From the IMG/VR virus record IMGVR_UViG_3300032270_000355: a stretch of 64,000 nt of DNA; one strand, 5' to 3'. Origin of the DNA: an uncultured virus (IMG/VR IMGVR_UViG_3300032270_000355). Taxonomy: Duplodnaviria; Heunggongvirae; Uroviricota; Caudoviricetes. A program made the position numbers and the translations under genes. The number at the start of each line of letters is the position of its first letter. Position 1 is the first letter of the stretch. Below, one piece after another: positions 1 through 9,923 of this stretch. Under the pieces are notes generated by a model. That model was not told the DNA's origin, did no database searches, and saw only the letters and a list, made by a program, of their open reading frames with translations.

Positions 1-472
1 ATTCTTCTGATATAAATCTTTTAGTAGATTGAAGACCATCAGTTTTATTTGTTAATATATCTGCAATAACATCATTAACTTTACCAGTATAAACTCTACT
101 GATCTTTTTATTTAAATCAACAATGGCTTCCATTGATATAAAATGTAACTGATATGTAACAGACTTATCTCCAAGCAATTCTCTATCAGTTAATTTGTAA
201 ATATAAAATGTACCTTTAATATTACCCTTGGATAAGGTTGGGGTACTGATATCAATTTCTACTTGTTCCTCACCAGTGAATGGTAATAAATTAACATAAT
301 CTAATGATTCTTTAAGTACAAGAGAGCCTGTGATAAATGGAGAAAATAAGTCTTCGAATATTTGGATGTTAATAACCTGCGCAGTGATATTCTGAGAGTT
401 ACCAGATCTGGTAACAATCTTAATAGAATTTACGCTTACATCACCAGCGAATCTTATTGTTTTTGCTGTCAT
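1..472 (-). CDS. Baseplate hub-like structural protein (partial, runs off window)
   Basis: Open frame from ATG at 472 (MTAKTIRFAGDVSVNSIKIV...IFEDLFSPFITGSLVLKESLD) directly after gp53; resembles the conserved T4-like hub gene at this position. Confidence 0.6.
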   Translation of the reverse strand, partial: MTAKTIRFAGDVSVNSIKIVTRSGNSQNITAQVINIQIFEDLFSPFITGSLVLKESLDYVNLLPFTGEEQVEIDISTPTLSKGNIKGTFYIYKLTDRELLGDKSVTYQLHFISMEAIVDLNKKISRVYTGKVNDVIADILTNKTDGLQSTKRFISEE

Positions 473-1222
473 TTAAATCAAATCTTTGTAATTCGCCAGA
501 ATAGTGCTAATTAAAGAAGGAGAAATTATTTTTATTCTTCTCTTTCTTTCATTTATTCTTTCTTCATATTCTCTATTAGATACTGAAACACCACCCATAA
601 CTACATGACCATTAGCATCTTCATAATGACGAATACTATCTGCAGTGGCTCCATATTTTGAATCTACATATTCTTGAAGAGCACCATACGTCAGTGGCCA
701 GTCAGCCAAATAATCATAACGATTATTTGCTAACATTATAATCCAATGATATTCTGGGCTACCATATATTTTCTCAGCAAGAATTTCTGGAGTATCTCCA
801 TCTTTAATATCATATGAGTCATATGTAGTTACATTGGATAGAATTTCTTTTCTAAAACGAATATTTGTAGTAATATCCGTCATAGCAATAAGTTTATGAA
901 ATTTTCTAGTGATACCATATGGATTAGAAATTGTTACATCTGGTATAGTTGTATATCCAGTTCCTGGATTCGTCACAACTATAGATGATATCTGCCCACC
1001 AATAACTACTACTCTACCAGTTGCAGTTACACCAGATTCACCATTATCGGGTGGTCCAAATATACAAGTTGCTGAATTATATCCAGAACCCACATTCGTT
1101 ACAGTAACTGCATTAACACCACCACCAGATAAATCACAGATTGCATATGCCTGAGTGCCAGTGCCAGTCTTTGCTTCTATGTCAAAATCATATAATATTT
1201 TTTGAAAATTTTCGAAGTACAT
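473..1222 (-). CDS. gp53: Baseplate wedge subunit gp53, with internal beta-rich insertion
   Basis: MYFENF start; YDIKDGDTPEILAEKIYGSPEYHWIIMLAN..DWPL and NREYEERINERKRRIKII motifs. Confidence 0.85.
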   Translation of the reverse strand: MYFENFQKILYDFDIEAKTGTGTQAYAICDLSGGGVNAVTVTNVGSGYNSATCIFGPPDNGESGVTATGRVVVIGGQISSIVVTNPGTGYTTIPDVTISNPYGITRKFHKLIAMTDITTNIRFRKEILSNVTTYDSYDIKDGDTPEILAEKIYGSPEYHWIIMLANNRYDYLADWPLTYGALQEYVDSKYGATADSIRHYEDANGHVVMGGVSVSNREYEERINERKRRIKIISPSLISTILANYKDLI

Positions 1223-2424
1223 TATAGACCTGCCTTAATCTTATCTTTTGTCAACAGAGCCAATTCTCTAAATGCTAAAGTAACATTAATTTGAGTGGGC
1301 ATACCATCAGCAAATGTAGTAAATTGTCCATTTGGAGTATAATCAATATCTAAATCAGTAAGAACGCATGATGTGTGACGATGTAAATTTAAATTCTCTT
1401 CTCCACCTTGATAGTAAAAAATATCAAATTCAGAAGGATAAAGATAAACGAAATTATTATCATCTTTAAATTCTGGATGCATATGAAACTTAAATTCTTC
1501 AATGATTCTAAGTACATTTTGTGCTTCGCTATAATCTCTTGGAAAGAATTGATATTCAAAAGAGAACGATCTAAAGTCTACACCCTTAAATACTTGTTCT
1601 TTCTTAGGGTTTGCTGCCATACCAAGCATCTGTGAATTTGCTTCGGCATTTGGTCCTTTTGATAATGCTAGGTTTGTGATAACTGCCTGAGCCACACCAG
1701 TAACATTACTTTCTTTACTAGATTTTCCAAGCGCATTCATAATAGCATCAGCAGTTTCTCCACCAAGTGCTTTTACCATACCAAGCCCAGCAGTATCAGT
1801 AGAGTCGTATGTAACTCCATACTTTATGCCTAACTTATTTGGTATATGTAAAGCAATAGCAGTCTTTAATCTTTTCTGAGATCTTAACTGATCAGTAGTC
1901 ATTGTAGATGCTACTGCAATACCAACAGTTCCAATATTTGCTACAGCTGCACCTTTAGCTGCATTACCAACCCCCTCAGCAACACTTTTAGCTGGACCGA
2001 ATCCGATGGTTCCACCTGCAATACCAGTAATAGTATTAACACCAGCATTGGCTCCAATAAGACTCTTTTGATCCCAATTCATGGCACGATTATCTCCAAC
2101 ATCTCTGGCTGGAAAATCATCTACCGTATCTGCTTTATATTTTGATATTAACTTCGAATCTTCTGCTACGTTAATGTAAAAAATAACATAGTTACCACCA
2201 TATCTAAAATCAGTAGTTAAATCATCAGGATACTGATAATTACCGATGTCATACTTACCACTGTCTTTACCAAATTGTTCAAATTTAGTTGCTTGCTTTT
2301 CTGGATAGGTTTCTCTCTTAGAAACAGGTGCGGCACGTGTTTGCGCTTGAACCTCTGCCTGATTATCAGGTGTTTCTACTGGCTGATCTTCTGGTTCGCC
2401 ATCGTCGTTATATTGTAGTGCCAT
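1222..2424 (-). CDS. gp48: Baseplate tail-tube cap gp48
   Basis: NPKKEQVFKGVDFRSFSFEYQFFP..YPSEFDI..CVLTDLDIDYTPNG..GMPTQINVTLAFRE; synteny with gp53. Confidence 0.85.
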   Translation of the reverse strand: MALQYNDDGEPEDQPVETPDNQAEVQAQTRAAPVSKRETYPEKQATKFEQFGKDSGKYDIGNYQYPDDLTTDFRYGGNYVIFYINVAEDSKLISKYKADTVDDFPARDVGDNRAMNWDQKSLIGANAGVNTITGIAGGTIGFGPAKSVAEGVGNAAKGAAVANIGTVGIAVASTMTTDQLRSQKRLKTAIALHIPNKLGIKYGVTYDSTDTAGLGMVKALGGETADAIMNALGKSSKESNVTGVAQAVITNLALSKGPNAEANSQMLGMAANPKKEQVFKGVDFRSFSFEYQFFPRDYSEAQNVLRIIEEFKFHMHPEFKDDNNFVYLYPSEFDIFYYQGGEENLNLHRHTSCVLTDLDIDYTPNGQFTTFADGMPTQINVTLAFRELALLTKDKIKAGL

Positions 2425-2473
2425 TTGGTTTCTCTAAATAAAGGGGATGTTATTTATTTCTAATTAGTTATTT

Positions 2474-2911
2474 ATGTTCCATAAAAGATCGTTCAAACCA
2501 GTTTTTGCAGAAAAATATGCGGGGGATCCTACAAATATAATTATGAGATCTAGCTGGGAAACACGCTTTGCCATGTGGTGCGATAAGAACCCTAGTGTTA
2601 TTAAATGGAGTTCAGAAGAAACTGTTGTTCCATATCGTTGTCCAACAGATAACCTGATCCATCGTTACTTTGTAGACTTTAAAATACAGGTTAATTCTAA
2701 TGACGGTAAGTTGAAAACATACTTAATCGAAGTTAAGCCAGAGAAACAAACCAATCCTCCACAATATCCTGGGAAACAAACCCAGCGTTATCTACAAGAA
2801 TCGTTTATGTATATCAAAAATCAAGCCAAATGGGCTGCTGCAAGAGCATACGCTAAAGATCGTGGATGGGAATTTAAAATAATAACAGAACACGAACTTG
2901 GTTTGAAGTAA
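2474..2911 (+). CDS. gp4: Head completion nuclease gp4
   Basis: KYAGDPTNIIMRSSWE..WSSEE..HRYFVDF..IEVKPEKQT..NQAKW. Confidence 0.9.
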   Translation: MFHKRSFKPVFAEKYAGDPTNIIMRSSWETRFAMWCDKNPSVIKWSSEETVVPYRCPTDNLIHRYFVDFKIQVNSNDGKLKTYLIEVKPEKQTNPPQYPGKQTQRYLQESFMYIKNQAKWAAARAYAKDRGWEFKIITEHELGLK

Positions 2912-2924
2912 CCTAAATAACATT

Positions 2925-3524
2925 ATGGCTAAAAAACCAATGCAAGACGTATTTGAACGTAATCAGTATGATCTATTAACATCAGTTAAACGATCTACTA
3001 GTTGGTTCAACAAACAGGTGAGTTCTCTCGCCCAGCAAAACATCACTCCAAATCAAGTGATAAAGGGTGATCCTTCACAGAATACAACTACTATACAACC
3101 TGGAAGTTTGTATATGTATGCTTATGATCCAAAAACAAAAGAGGATCTGCCATACTATGATAGATTCCCTCTAGTGTTTCCATTTAGAAAAACTGCAGAT
3201 GGATTCTATGGTCTTAATATGCATTATCTTCCATACGACCTTCGAATCTATTTATTAGATGCTCTGCTAACCTTTAAGAACAATAGTCGTTGGGATGAAA
3301 CTACAAAGTTGAAATATTCATGGGCTCTTATAGATGGTGTTTCGAAATACAAAGCAGCCCAGCCATGTGTTAAACAATATTTAAATGGTCATGTAAGAAG
3401 CCAATTTAGAAGAGTTAGTTCTGCTGACTGGGCAACTGCTATGTTGCTTCCTGTAGAACGATTTGTTGGCGCATCTAAACAACAAGTCTGGTCTGACTCC
3501 AGAAAGAAAATAAGAAAACTATAA
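2925..3524 (+). CDS. gp2: DNA end protector protein gp2
   Basis: YDPKTKEDLPYYDRFPLVF..FYGLNMHYLP; follows gp4. Confidence 0.9.
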   Translation: MAKKPMQDVFERNQYDLLTSVKRSTSWFNKQVSSLAQQNITPNQVIKGDPSQNTTTIQPGSLYMYAYDPKTKEDLPYYDRFPLVFPFRKTADGFYGLNMHYLPYDLRIYLLDALLTFKNNSRWDETTKLKYSWALIDGVSKYKAAQPCVKQYLNGHVRSQFRRVSSADWATAMLLPVERFVGASKQQVWSDSRKKIRKL

Positions 3525-4252
3525 TGGCTGAACTAAACGAATTTGTTGCTCAAATAAAAAGAGGTGGATTATCTAGAACTAATAGATTCCATGTTATGTT
3601 CCAACCACCTTTTCTCGATCCAGAAGTGGTAGGATTAGTTGGATTACTTTGTGACCAAGTACAAATTCCAGGTACTAATTATTCAACAACACAGAATAGA
3701 GCATTCGGTGAGTTTAGAGAAACACCATACGAAAGACTTTACGAACCAATATCAATGTCATTTTATGTAGACAGAGCAATGGCAGTTAAAGAATTGTTTG
3801 ATACATGGACAATCTCTATTCAAAATCCAGATACTCGTCTGTTCAGCTACTATAAAGAATACATTACAGACATTACAGTATTCGTAGAAGATCTAGAAAA
3901 TAATGTTAGATATAAAGTCACTATGTTTGAAGCATACCCAAAAAGTGTAGGTGCTATACAATTAGATACAACTTCAAAAGATGTCATGAAGATGTCGGTG
4001 AACTTTGTCTACAAATACTATATTACGGAAAGAGTTGCAGATGGATTTAAATTATCTGATGAACACATATCCCAGACTTATGGGGTAATTCCAGATTCAG
4101 CGAGCAGATATAGTCCAGACTTTACAACAACTGTTGATTCAGTTAGTCCAAAACAACAAAATACATTAGTGGACAAATTGAAGAATTTTGCTATAGGTGC
4201 AATTGGTGCAAAATTAGTTACAAAAATACCAAATCTGTTAAGAAGACGTTAA
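3524..4252 (+). CDS. gp54: Baseplate tail-tube initiator gp54 (gp19-like fold)
   Basis: GGLSRTNRF..LLCDQVQIPG..FEAYPKSVGAIQL. Confidence 0.75.
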   Translation: MAELNEFVAQIKRGGLSRTNRFHVMFQPPFLDPEVVGLVGLLCDQVQIPGTNYSTTQNRAFGEFRETPYERLYEPISMSFYVDRAMAVKELFDTWTISIQNPDTRLFSYYKEYITDITVFVEDLENNVRYKVTMFEAYPKSVGAIQLDTTSKDVMKMSVNFVYKYYITERVADGFKLSDEHISQTYGVIPDSASRYSPDFTTTVDSVSPKQQNTLVDKLKNFAIGAIGAKLVTKIPNLLRRR

Positions 4253-4262
4253 GGAGATAAAG

Positions 4263-4691
4263 ATGGCTGACGAAATTAAAGAAGTTAAAAAAGACGAAGA
4301 CTGGATGCAGAAAAAGTGGCGTCCAGCTATGGGTTGGATGTACATGATTGTGTGTTTCTGTGACATGGTGTTATTCCCTGTTGCATGGTCAGTACTACAA
4401 GCTGTATTGAAGCAACCAGTAACACAATGGAACCCACTAACCTTGCAGGGTGCTGGTCTATTCCACCTTGCAATGGGTGCTGTTCTTGGTATCGCTGCTT
4501 GGGGACGTACTCAAGAGAAAGTTGCTGGCGCTGCAAGTAATGCACCAACACCTTCTGCTATCACACCAACAACTCCAGCATTCCCAGTTGCTAGTGTACC
4601 TGCGCCAGCATTCCCAACTCCTGCTCCAGCAGCAAGTTTTGGTGCAGGATTTCCAGGTGACCCACCAACAAGAAACACCAGAAACGACTAA
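4263..4691 (+). CDS. Holin-like membrane protein (3-TM holin family)
   Basis: WRPAMGWMY..LGIAAWGRTQEK, hydrophobic segments, Pro/Ala-rich tail. Confidence 0.65.
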   Translation: MADEIKEVKKDEDWMQKKWRPAMGWMYMIVCFCDMVLFPVAWSVLQAVLKQPVTQWNPLTLQGAGLFHLAMGAVLGIAAWGRTQEKVAGAASNAPTPSAITPTTPAFPVASVPAPAFPTPAPAASFGAGFPGDPPTRNTRND

Positions 4692-4696
4692 TAAAT

Positions 4697-5113
4697 ATGA
4701 AAATTGATGATTCTTTGTCACAAGTCTTTGATATCCCTTCGATACCAAAGAATGAAATGATTGTTGCTGAAACAGGAGAAATAGTAACTCCACCAAATGA
4801 AAGAATTGAATCTGACTATGAAACAGCCAGAGATAATCTTCGTGAGTTACTTACTACAGGACAAAATGCTTTAATGCATGCATTGGAAGTAGCAAAATCT
4901 AGTGAACACCCACGTGCGTTTGAAGTTGTGGGTAATTTGATGAAACAGTTAGCCGATGTTAACCAACAACTTATGGATATACATCAGCAAAAAGCCAAAC
5001 TTGATGCACCTTCTAAATCAGAAACGAGTAAGAAGGTGACAAACAATGCTATCTTTGTAGGTAGCACAAGTGAGTTGAATAAGTTAATTAAGAATATGTC
5101 TAAAGGAGAATAA
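4697..5113 (+). CDS. gp16: Terminase small subunit gp16
   Basis: DYETARDNL..SEHPRAFEVVGNLMKQLAD..NNAIFVGSTSEL. Confidence 0.85.
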   Translation: MKIDDSLSQVFDIPSIPKNEMIVAETGEIVTPPNERIESDYETARDNLRELLTTGQNALMHALEVAKSSEHPRAFEVVGNLMKQLADVNQQLMDIHQQKAKLDAPSKSETSKKVTNNAIFVGSTSELNKLIKNMSKGE

Positions 5114-5114
5114 T

Positions 5115-5837
5115 ATGTCTTTACCAATGATGAGTACACCAACATACAGTATGGTGGTTCCCTCAACTAATGAATCGATTAAATACCGTCCATTTCTTAT
5201 TAAAGAAGAAAAGGCTCTGCTGATTGCCCAACAAAGTGAAGATTTATCTGTGATGGTAGATAGTCTGAAGGGTGTTATCGGCTCTTGTGTTCTTGATAAG
5301 ATTGATATTAACAAACTGGCAACATTTGATCTTGAGTATATGTTTACTCAGATTCGTGCTAAGTCTGTTGGAGAAATTATTGAAATTTTAGTACCATGTG
5401 ATGTAGATCATGGTGAAGAAAACGACAAAGCCAAAGTTAAGATTAGTATTGACTTAACAAAACTGTCAGTAGAAAAAGATGCAGACCATAATAAAAAGAT
5501 TGAGTTGTTTGGAGATGTTGGTGTTGTGATGAAATATCCAACAGTAGAAATGTCCAAGAAACTAGAACTTGCAGATACAGAAAATATCGACAATATCTTT
5601 AAGATTATCGCAAATTCAATAGATTATATCTATCAAGGCGATGAAATTTTTCATGGTCATGAACAAACAGAAAAAGAACTTTTAGCATTCGTTGAGAATT
5701 TAACTTCAGAACAGTTTCTGAAAGTACAAAAATTCTTTACTACAATGCCTAAGATTAAAAAAGATATTGAGTACACATGCCCACTTTGTAGTAAAGAACA
5801 TAAGAAGACATTGGAGGGACTCCAAAGTTTTTTTTAA
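5115..5837 (+). CDS. gp26: Baseplate hub assembly protein gp26
   Basis: LPMMSTPTY..YRPFLIKEEKALL..FDLEYMFTQIRAKSVGE..CPLC..LEGLQSFF. Confidence 0.88.
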   Translation: MSLPMMSTPTYSMVVPSTNESIKYRPFLIKEEKALLIAQQSEDLSVMVDSLKGVIGSCVLDKIDINKLATFDLEYMFTQIRAKSVGEIIEILVPCDVDHGEENDKAKVKISIDLTKLSVEKDADHNKKIELFGDVGVVMKYPTVEMSKKLELADTENIDNIFKIIANSIDYIYQGDEIFHGHEQTEKELLAFVENLTSEQFLKVQKFFTTMPKIKKDIEYTCPLCSKEHKKTLEGLQSFF

Positions 5838-6025
5838 TAAACCTTTGTCATGAGACATTGCACAATTATTATAAGATTAATTTTGCTTTAATGCAATACC
5901 ACAAGTACTCGCTTACGGAAATTGAGGAAATGATACCGTTTGAACGAGAAATATATGTGCATATGTTGATTCAGTATTTAGAAGAAGAAAAACGTAGATT
6001 AGAATCACAAAAGAGAGTAAGATAA
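5834..6025 (+). CDS. gp51: Baseplate hub assembly catalyst gp51-like (no ATG before its conserved N-terminus; lies in the -1 frame of gp26)
   Basis: Manual translation LINLCHETLHNYYKINFALMQYHKYSLTEIEEMIPFEREIYVHMLIQYLEEEKRRLESQKRVR*; absent from ORF track. Confidence 0.8.
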   Translation, partial: LINLCHETLHNYYKINFALMQYHKYSLTEIEEMIPFEREIYVHMLIQYLEEEKRRLESQKRVR

Positions 6026-6026
6026 A

Positions 6027-8117
6027 ATGGCAAAGAGAACCAGCAACAGTTCGGTAAATTCTAGTATTAGACAACAGACCAGTACTACTACTGAGGGATT
6101 CTCACAAATTTTAGCAGTTCAATCTGCTACATTAGGTGAGTTGACTTCCATTAAACAACTAATGGAATTATCGAATAAGGTTCAATCTGCTACTGCTGCT
6201 AAACTTGGTGGAGGACAGGCAAGCGATACTGCTATCCTCGCTAAAATTAGAGATACACTATCTGATCAGTTAAAAACTACGAAACGAATGGGGAAGTCTG
6301 ACGAAGATTTCCAAAAGGAATGGGACAAAGAAGCCAAAGCAATATCTGAAATTGCTAAAGGTATGACAACATTCAAAACACTCGGCGAAAAGATTCAAGA
6401 TAAAAAAGACAACCTAAAACAATCTCTGTCTGTTAGTAATGTGAAACAGAAGGTAATGGGTGCGCTTAACATCGGTGGAGTATTTAATAAAAGTCTCGAA
6501 AGAGAAAAGTTTATTGAAAAACAAAAAGCACTAGGTAATCCAGGAACACGTGAGCAGTTAAAGAAAGATTTTGAAGGTGCTCATAATGCTGCAAAAGATA
6601 TAAAGAAAAATGAAGCTGCTATAGAAAAGTTTAAAGCAGTTACTGGTCATAGTGATGAGGAGATGGGTAAATCTAAAGCAGGTCGTGCTTTATTGGATAA
6701 ACGACAAACCCATGCAGATGAATATGCAAAGTACGATTATGGTACTGATGTGAAAAGTCCAACTCCAGTAAATAGAGCGATACTCAGTAATCTTGGAGAT
6801 TCTTCGGCTGGACTAAAACCACCAACTGCTACTGCTGCTGCAGCAAATGCAGGTAAGTCTGAAGAAACTGAATTAGAAAATAATCGAATGATGGGTTCTC
6901 AAACTGATCTTCTGGAAAAGATTGAGGAAAATACCAGAGGTGATTCTACACCAGTTAAAGCACAGGCTGCATCTGGTGGAGAAGGTGGTGGTGGTATAAT
7001 GGCTGGAATTGGTGCTGGTCTTAAAGCACTTGGTGGTGGTATCGCTGGACTGGGTAAAGGTATTGGATCAGGTATACAAGGTTTGTTAACTGGTATCGCT
7101 AAAGGTATTGGTTCATTTGGTAATGCAAATGTAATCAAAGGTGCTGCATCGATGGTGATACTTGCTGGCGCATTATACGTAACTGCAAAAGCACTTCAAG
7201 AATTTGCTGATGTTGAATGGGAAAGTATCGCTATGGGTGGGGTGGCATTGTTAGGACTTGCTGGCATTGCTATGTTGCTTGGAAAATCTTCTCCATCTAT
7301 GTTAATTGGCAGTGCTGCATTAGTAATACTTGCTGGTGCTCTATGGATCACTGGTGATGCTATGCAAAATTTCCAAGGATTAGATTGGGAAACAATCGGT
7401 AAAGGATTAGCAGCAGTGGCAGGACTTGGAATAATCGGTGCTATTGCTGGTACAGCAGCACCTTTAATTATTGCTGGCGCAGTGGCATTAGGATTAATGG
7501 GTGGTGCGTTGTATGTAATCGGTGAAGCCATGCAGGCAGTTGGAAAGGGTTTTTCTGACATGACTGATGGTCTTGAACGAATAGGAAAGATGGATGGTAG
7601 TAATTTACTATCAGTAGCAGCAGGTGTAGCTGCATTGGGTCTTGCTATGGCTGCATTTGGTGCTGGTCAGGCAGTTGCTGGTATTGGAAACTTAGTTGGT
7701 AGACTATTAACTATTGGTACTGATAGCCCTGTTGAACAATTGATTAAAATTGGTCAAAATGGCGAAGGTGTGATGAAAGCAGCAATGGGACTCGATAAGT
7801 TGAGTGGTGCTATGGTAGCATTCGGTAAAATTCCAAAAGGTGGAATGGATGCTGTCAATGATTTCCCATGGCTAAAAGCAACAGCATTCGTTGCAGCTGG
7901 TGGTGCCATGCAAGTAGATGGTACTAAAGTGTCCAATGCTTCTAAAATGAATGCAGACACTTCTGCAGAAGTTAAAGGACAAAATGCTAAGGGTGGTGGA
8001 GTTGTCGCAGTAAATGCACCAGTAACAAACAACTCTAATGTAACGCAAGTAACAAGACCAGCGATAAGAAATCCTGAGTCATCAGCAAGTAGTTGGTTAC
8101 GATCTAAATTCGCATAA
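6027..8117 (+). CDS. Tail tape-measure-like protein (gp29-like)
   Basis: 696 aa, helical N-terminal half, Gly/Ala-rich hydrophobic repeats, follows gp26/gp51. Confidence 0.7.
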   Translation: MAKRTSNSSVNSSIRQQTSTTTEGFSQILAVQSATLGELTSIKQLMELSNKVQSATAAKLGGGQASDTAILAKIRDTLSDQLKTTKRMGKSDEDFQKEWDKEAKAISEIAKGMTTFKTLGEKIQDKKDNLKQSLSVSNVKQKVMGALNIGGVFNKSLEREKFIEKQKALGNPGTREQLKKDFEGAHNAAKDIKKNEAAIEKFKAVTGHSDEEMGKSKAGRALLDKRQTHADEYAKYDYGTDVKSPTPVNRAILSNLGDSSAGLKPPTATAAAANAGKSEETELENNRMMGSQTDLLEKIEENTRGDSTPVKAQAASGGEGGGGIMAGIGAGLKALGGGIAGLGKGIGSGIQGLLTGIAKGIGSFGNANVIKGAASMVILAGALYVTAKALQEFADVEWESIAMGGVALLGLAGIAMLLGKSSPSMLIGSAALVILAGALWITGDAMQNFQGLDWETIGKGLAAVAGLGIIGAIAGTAAPLIIAGAVALGLMGGALYVIGEAMQAVGKGFSDMTDGLERIGKMDGSNLLSVAAGVAALGLAMAAFGAGQAVAGIGNLVGRLLTIGTDSPVEQLIKIGQNGEGVMKAAMGLDKLSGAMVAFGKIPKGGMDAVNDFPWLKATAFVAAGGAMQVDGTKVSNASKMNADTSAEVKGQNAKGGGVVAVNAPVTNNSNVTQVTRPAIRNPESSASSWLRSKFA

Positions 8118-8118
8118 T

Positions 8119-8149
8119 AAAAAAGGGGACTTTCGTCCCCTTTCTTTTT
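8119..8149. terminator. Bidirectional intrinsic terminator
   Basis: aaaaggggac-tttc-gtcccctttctttt between convergent genes. Confidence 0.85.
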
Positions 8150-8161
8150 GGTAAAAACTAA

Positions 8162-9064
8162 TTAGTCTTCTTTAGCGATCTTCTGAAAATAAGACATAAC
8201 ATCTTCATCGTCATCCATCGACTTTGACACAGGTGCTGGTTTAGAAGCCATCTTTGGTGCAGATGCAACAGGACGATCTTCTTCTTCAGCCATTTGTGCA
8301 GCAGACTTACCAGCAAAAGAATCACCAGAAAGAACTGCATCTAGTTTCTTCTTCAACTCATCATAAGACTTGAAGTTACTACGATCAGTAAACTCAGACA
8401 ATTTGTACTGAGCATTTACGATACGAACCAAGTCTTCATCAGAAGCAGCAGGTGCTGGATCAGCAAAAGAAGATTCGTCATAGTTTGCGTAGCCATCTTT
8501 CTTACGCATGCGCAATTTGAAGTTAGAACCTTCCCACAAATCAAACACGTTCACAGGCTTTTCGTCTTCAAAAGTTGGACGTGCTTTGTCCATGATCTTA
8601 TCAAAGATTTTCTTGCCAAATTTAAACAAGAATACCTTACCTTCATTCTCTGGATGCTTTGGATCAGACACAATGAGAATGTTGGCAATAAATGACAACT
8701 TACGTTTTTGTTTACGAGCGATTTCTTTGTTGGCTTCAGAACCAGAGTTCCAAAGAGTTGTGTTCAACTCACCAACAGGGTCATTCTCACCAAGAGTGGT
8801 TAGAGAATTTTCGATGTACCACTTTCCAGTTGGACCTTGGAAGCCATGAGAAAAGATTCGAACCCATGGGAGTTCATCACCTTCTACACGTGGTAGGAAT
8901 CGGAAAGTTGCTGTGCCATTGCCAGCTTTGTCACCTTCGAGACGCCAGAAGCGATCGTCTGAATATGATTTCTTTTCGGTTTGGGGATTAGCAATCTTGT
9001 CGAATTCTCCAGAGATTTTTCCGAAGTCTTGATTGCGCATTTTGCGGAGTGTTTGAATGTCCAT
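8162..9064 (-). CDS. gp32: Single-stranded DNA-binding protein gp32
   Basis: DDRFW..DKAGNG..RFLP..HGFQGPTGKWYIENSLTTLG..FKSYDELKK, acidic tail. Confidence 0.95.
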   Translation of the reverse strand: MDIQTLRKMRNQDFGKISGEFDKIANPQTEKKSYSDDRFWRLEGDKAGNGTATFRFLPRVEGDELPWVRIFSHGFQGPTGKWYIENSLTTLGENDPVGELNTTLWNSGSEANKEIARKQKRKLSFIANILIVSDPKHPENEGKVFLFKFGKKIFDKIMDKARPTFEDEKPVNVFDLWEGSNFKLRMRKKDGYANYDESSFADPAPAASDEDLVRIVNAQYKLSEFTDRSNFKSYDELKKKLDAVLSGDSFAGKSAAQMAEEEDRPVASAPKMASKPAPVSKSMDDDEDVMSYFQKIAKED

Positions 9065-9085
9065 CGTATTTCCTTTGTATTAATA

Positions 9086-9304
9086 TTACGGTTTATTTTT
9101 AGTATGGTCGATTTGTATTTTATCATCTAGTTCAATGTCGTCATCAAAGTCTTCATTGTTTAAATCATAATCTTCTTCAACATAACTATTTATCGTTCTC
9201 ATACCACCAGTCTTTCGACCACTAGCATGTTTGGCAGGTTTCCCTGAACGACCACCAAAACTATCATCATCTGATTTCGATGACTTATAATATGTCTTGC
9301 CCAT
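9086..9304 (-). CDS. Hypothetical protein
   Basis: ORF in the gp59-gp32 operon, basic N-terminus and acidic C-terminus. Confidence 0.6.
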   Translation of the reverse strand: MGKTYYKSSKSDDDSFGGRSGKPAKHASGRKTGGMRTINSYVEEDYDLNNEDFDDDIELDDKIQIDHTKNKP

Positions 9305-9308
9305 GATG

Positions 9309-9923
9309 TCAATTCTCGATTTCTTCCATGAAGTGACTAAAGATCTTTTCAGCCTTAATTCTATCGTATTTAACGAAGCCAGTCAACTTTTTAATTCTTA
9401 ACAATTCTTGATTCCAAATATATTTAATAGAGGTATTATCTTGCCATTTTGCAATTATCGGATAAAAATCATCTATAATCCTAAGAGTTTCTATCGATAC
9501 CTTGCCTCCAACAAACAACTCTAATGTAACTGGATATGCAGAATCAATAAAGTTGAATATAGATGTTTGTGGTAACCTATTTACCTCAGTGTGTGTTAAT
9601 ATAGTAGCTAAGTCATCAATGAACCTTTGTGTGATTGACTGTTTTCGTTTAATCCATTCGACAAGATTTTCTTCTGCCTGTTGTCCTTCATATATCGCAG
9701 ACTCATTACCGTAAGCAAAGTTTGCAACAAAGAACTGAATAATTTCTCTATCATCGTTGTATTTGTTGGCAAGTTTCTCGAATATATATCTATCATTTCT
9801 GGCGGTGAATGCTTCACGTGTACCTTTAACATTACCTCGATTTTCGAAGACGTTAAATTTCTCAGAAGTGAAATGAAGTTTGATCGCTAGGTAATAACGA
9901 TACGCTTTAAAGCCATCCATCAC
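9309..9923 (-). CDS. gp59: Helicase loader gp59
   Basis: YRYYLAIKLHFT..RNDRYIFEKLA; position between gp33 and gp32. Confidence 0.85.
   Translation of the reverse strand: MMDGFKAYRYYLAIKLHFTSEKFNVFENRGNVKGTREAFTARNDRYIFEKLANKYNDDREIIQFFVANFAYGNESAIYEGQQAEENLVEWIKRKQSITQRFIDDLATILTHTEVNRLPQTSIFNFIDSAYPVTLELFVGGKVSIETLRIIDDFYPIIAKWQDNTSIKYIWNQELLRIKKLTGFVKYDRIKAEKIFSHFMEEIEN

Noticed and set aside
6899..8032. Minus-strand Pro/Ala-rich ORFs
   Set aside because: Antisense shadows of the Gly/Ala-rich tape-measure gene
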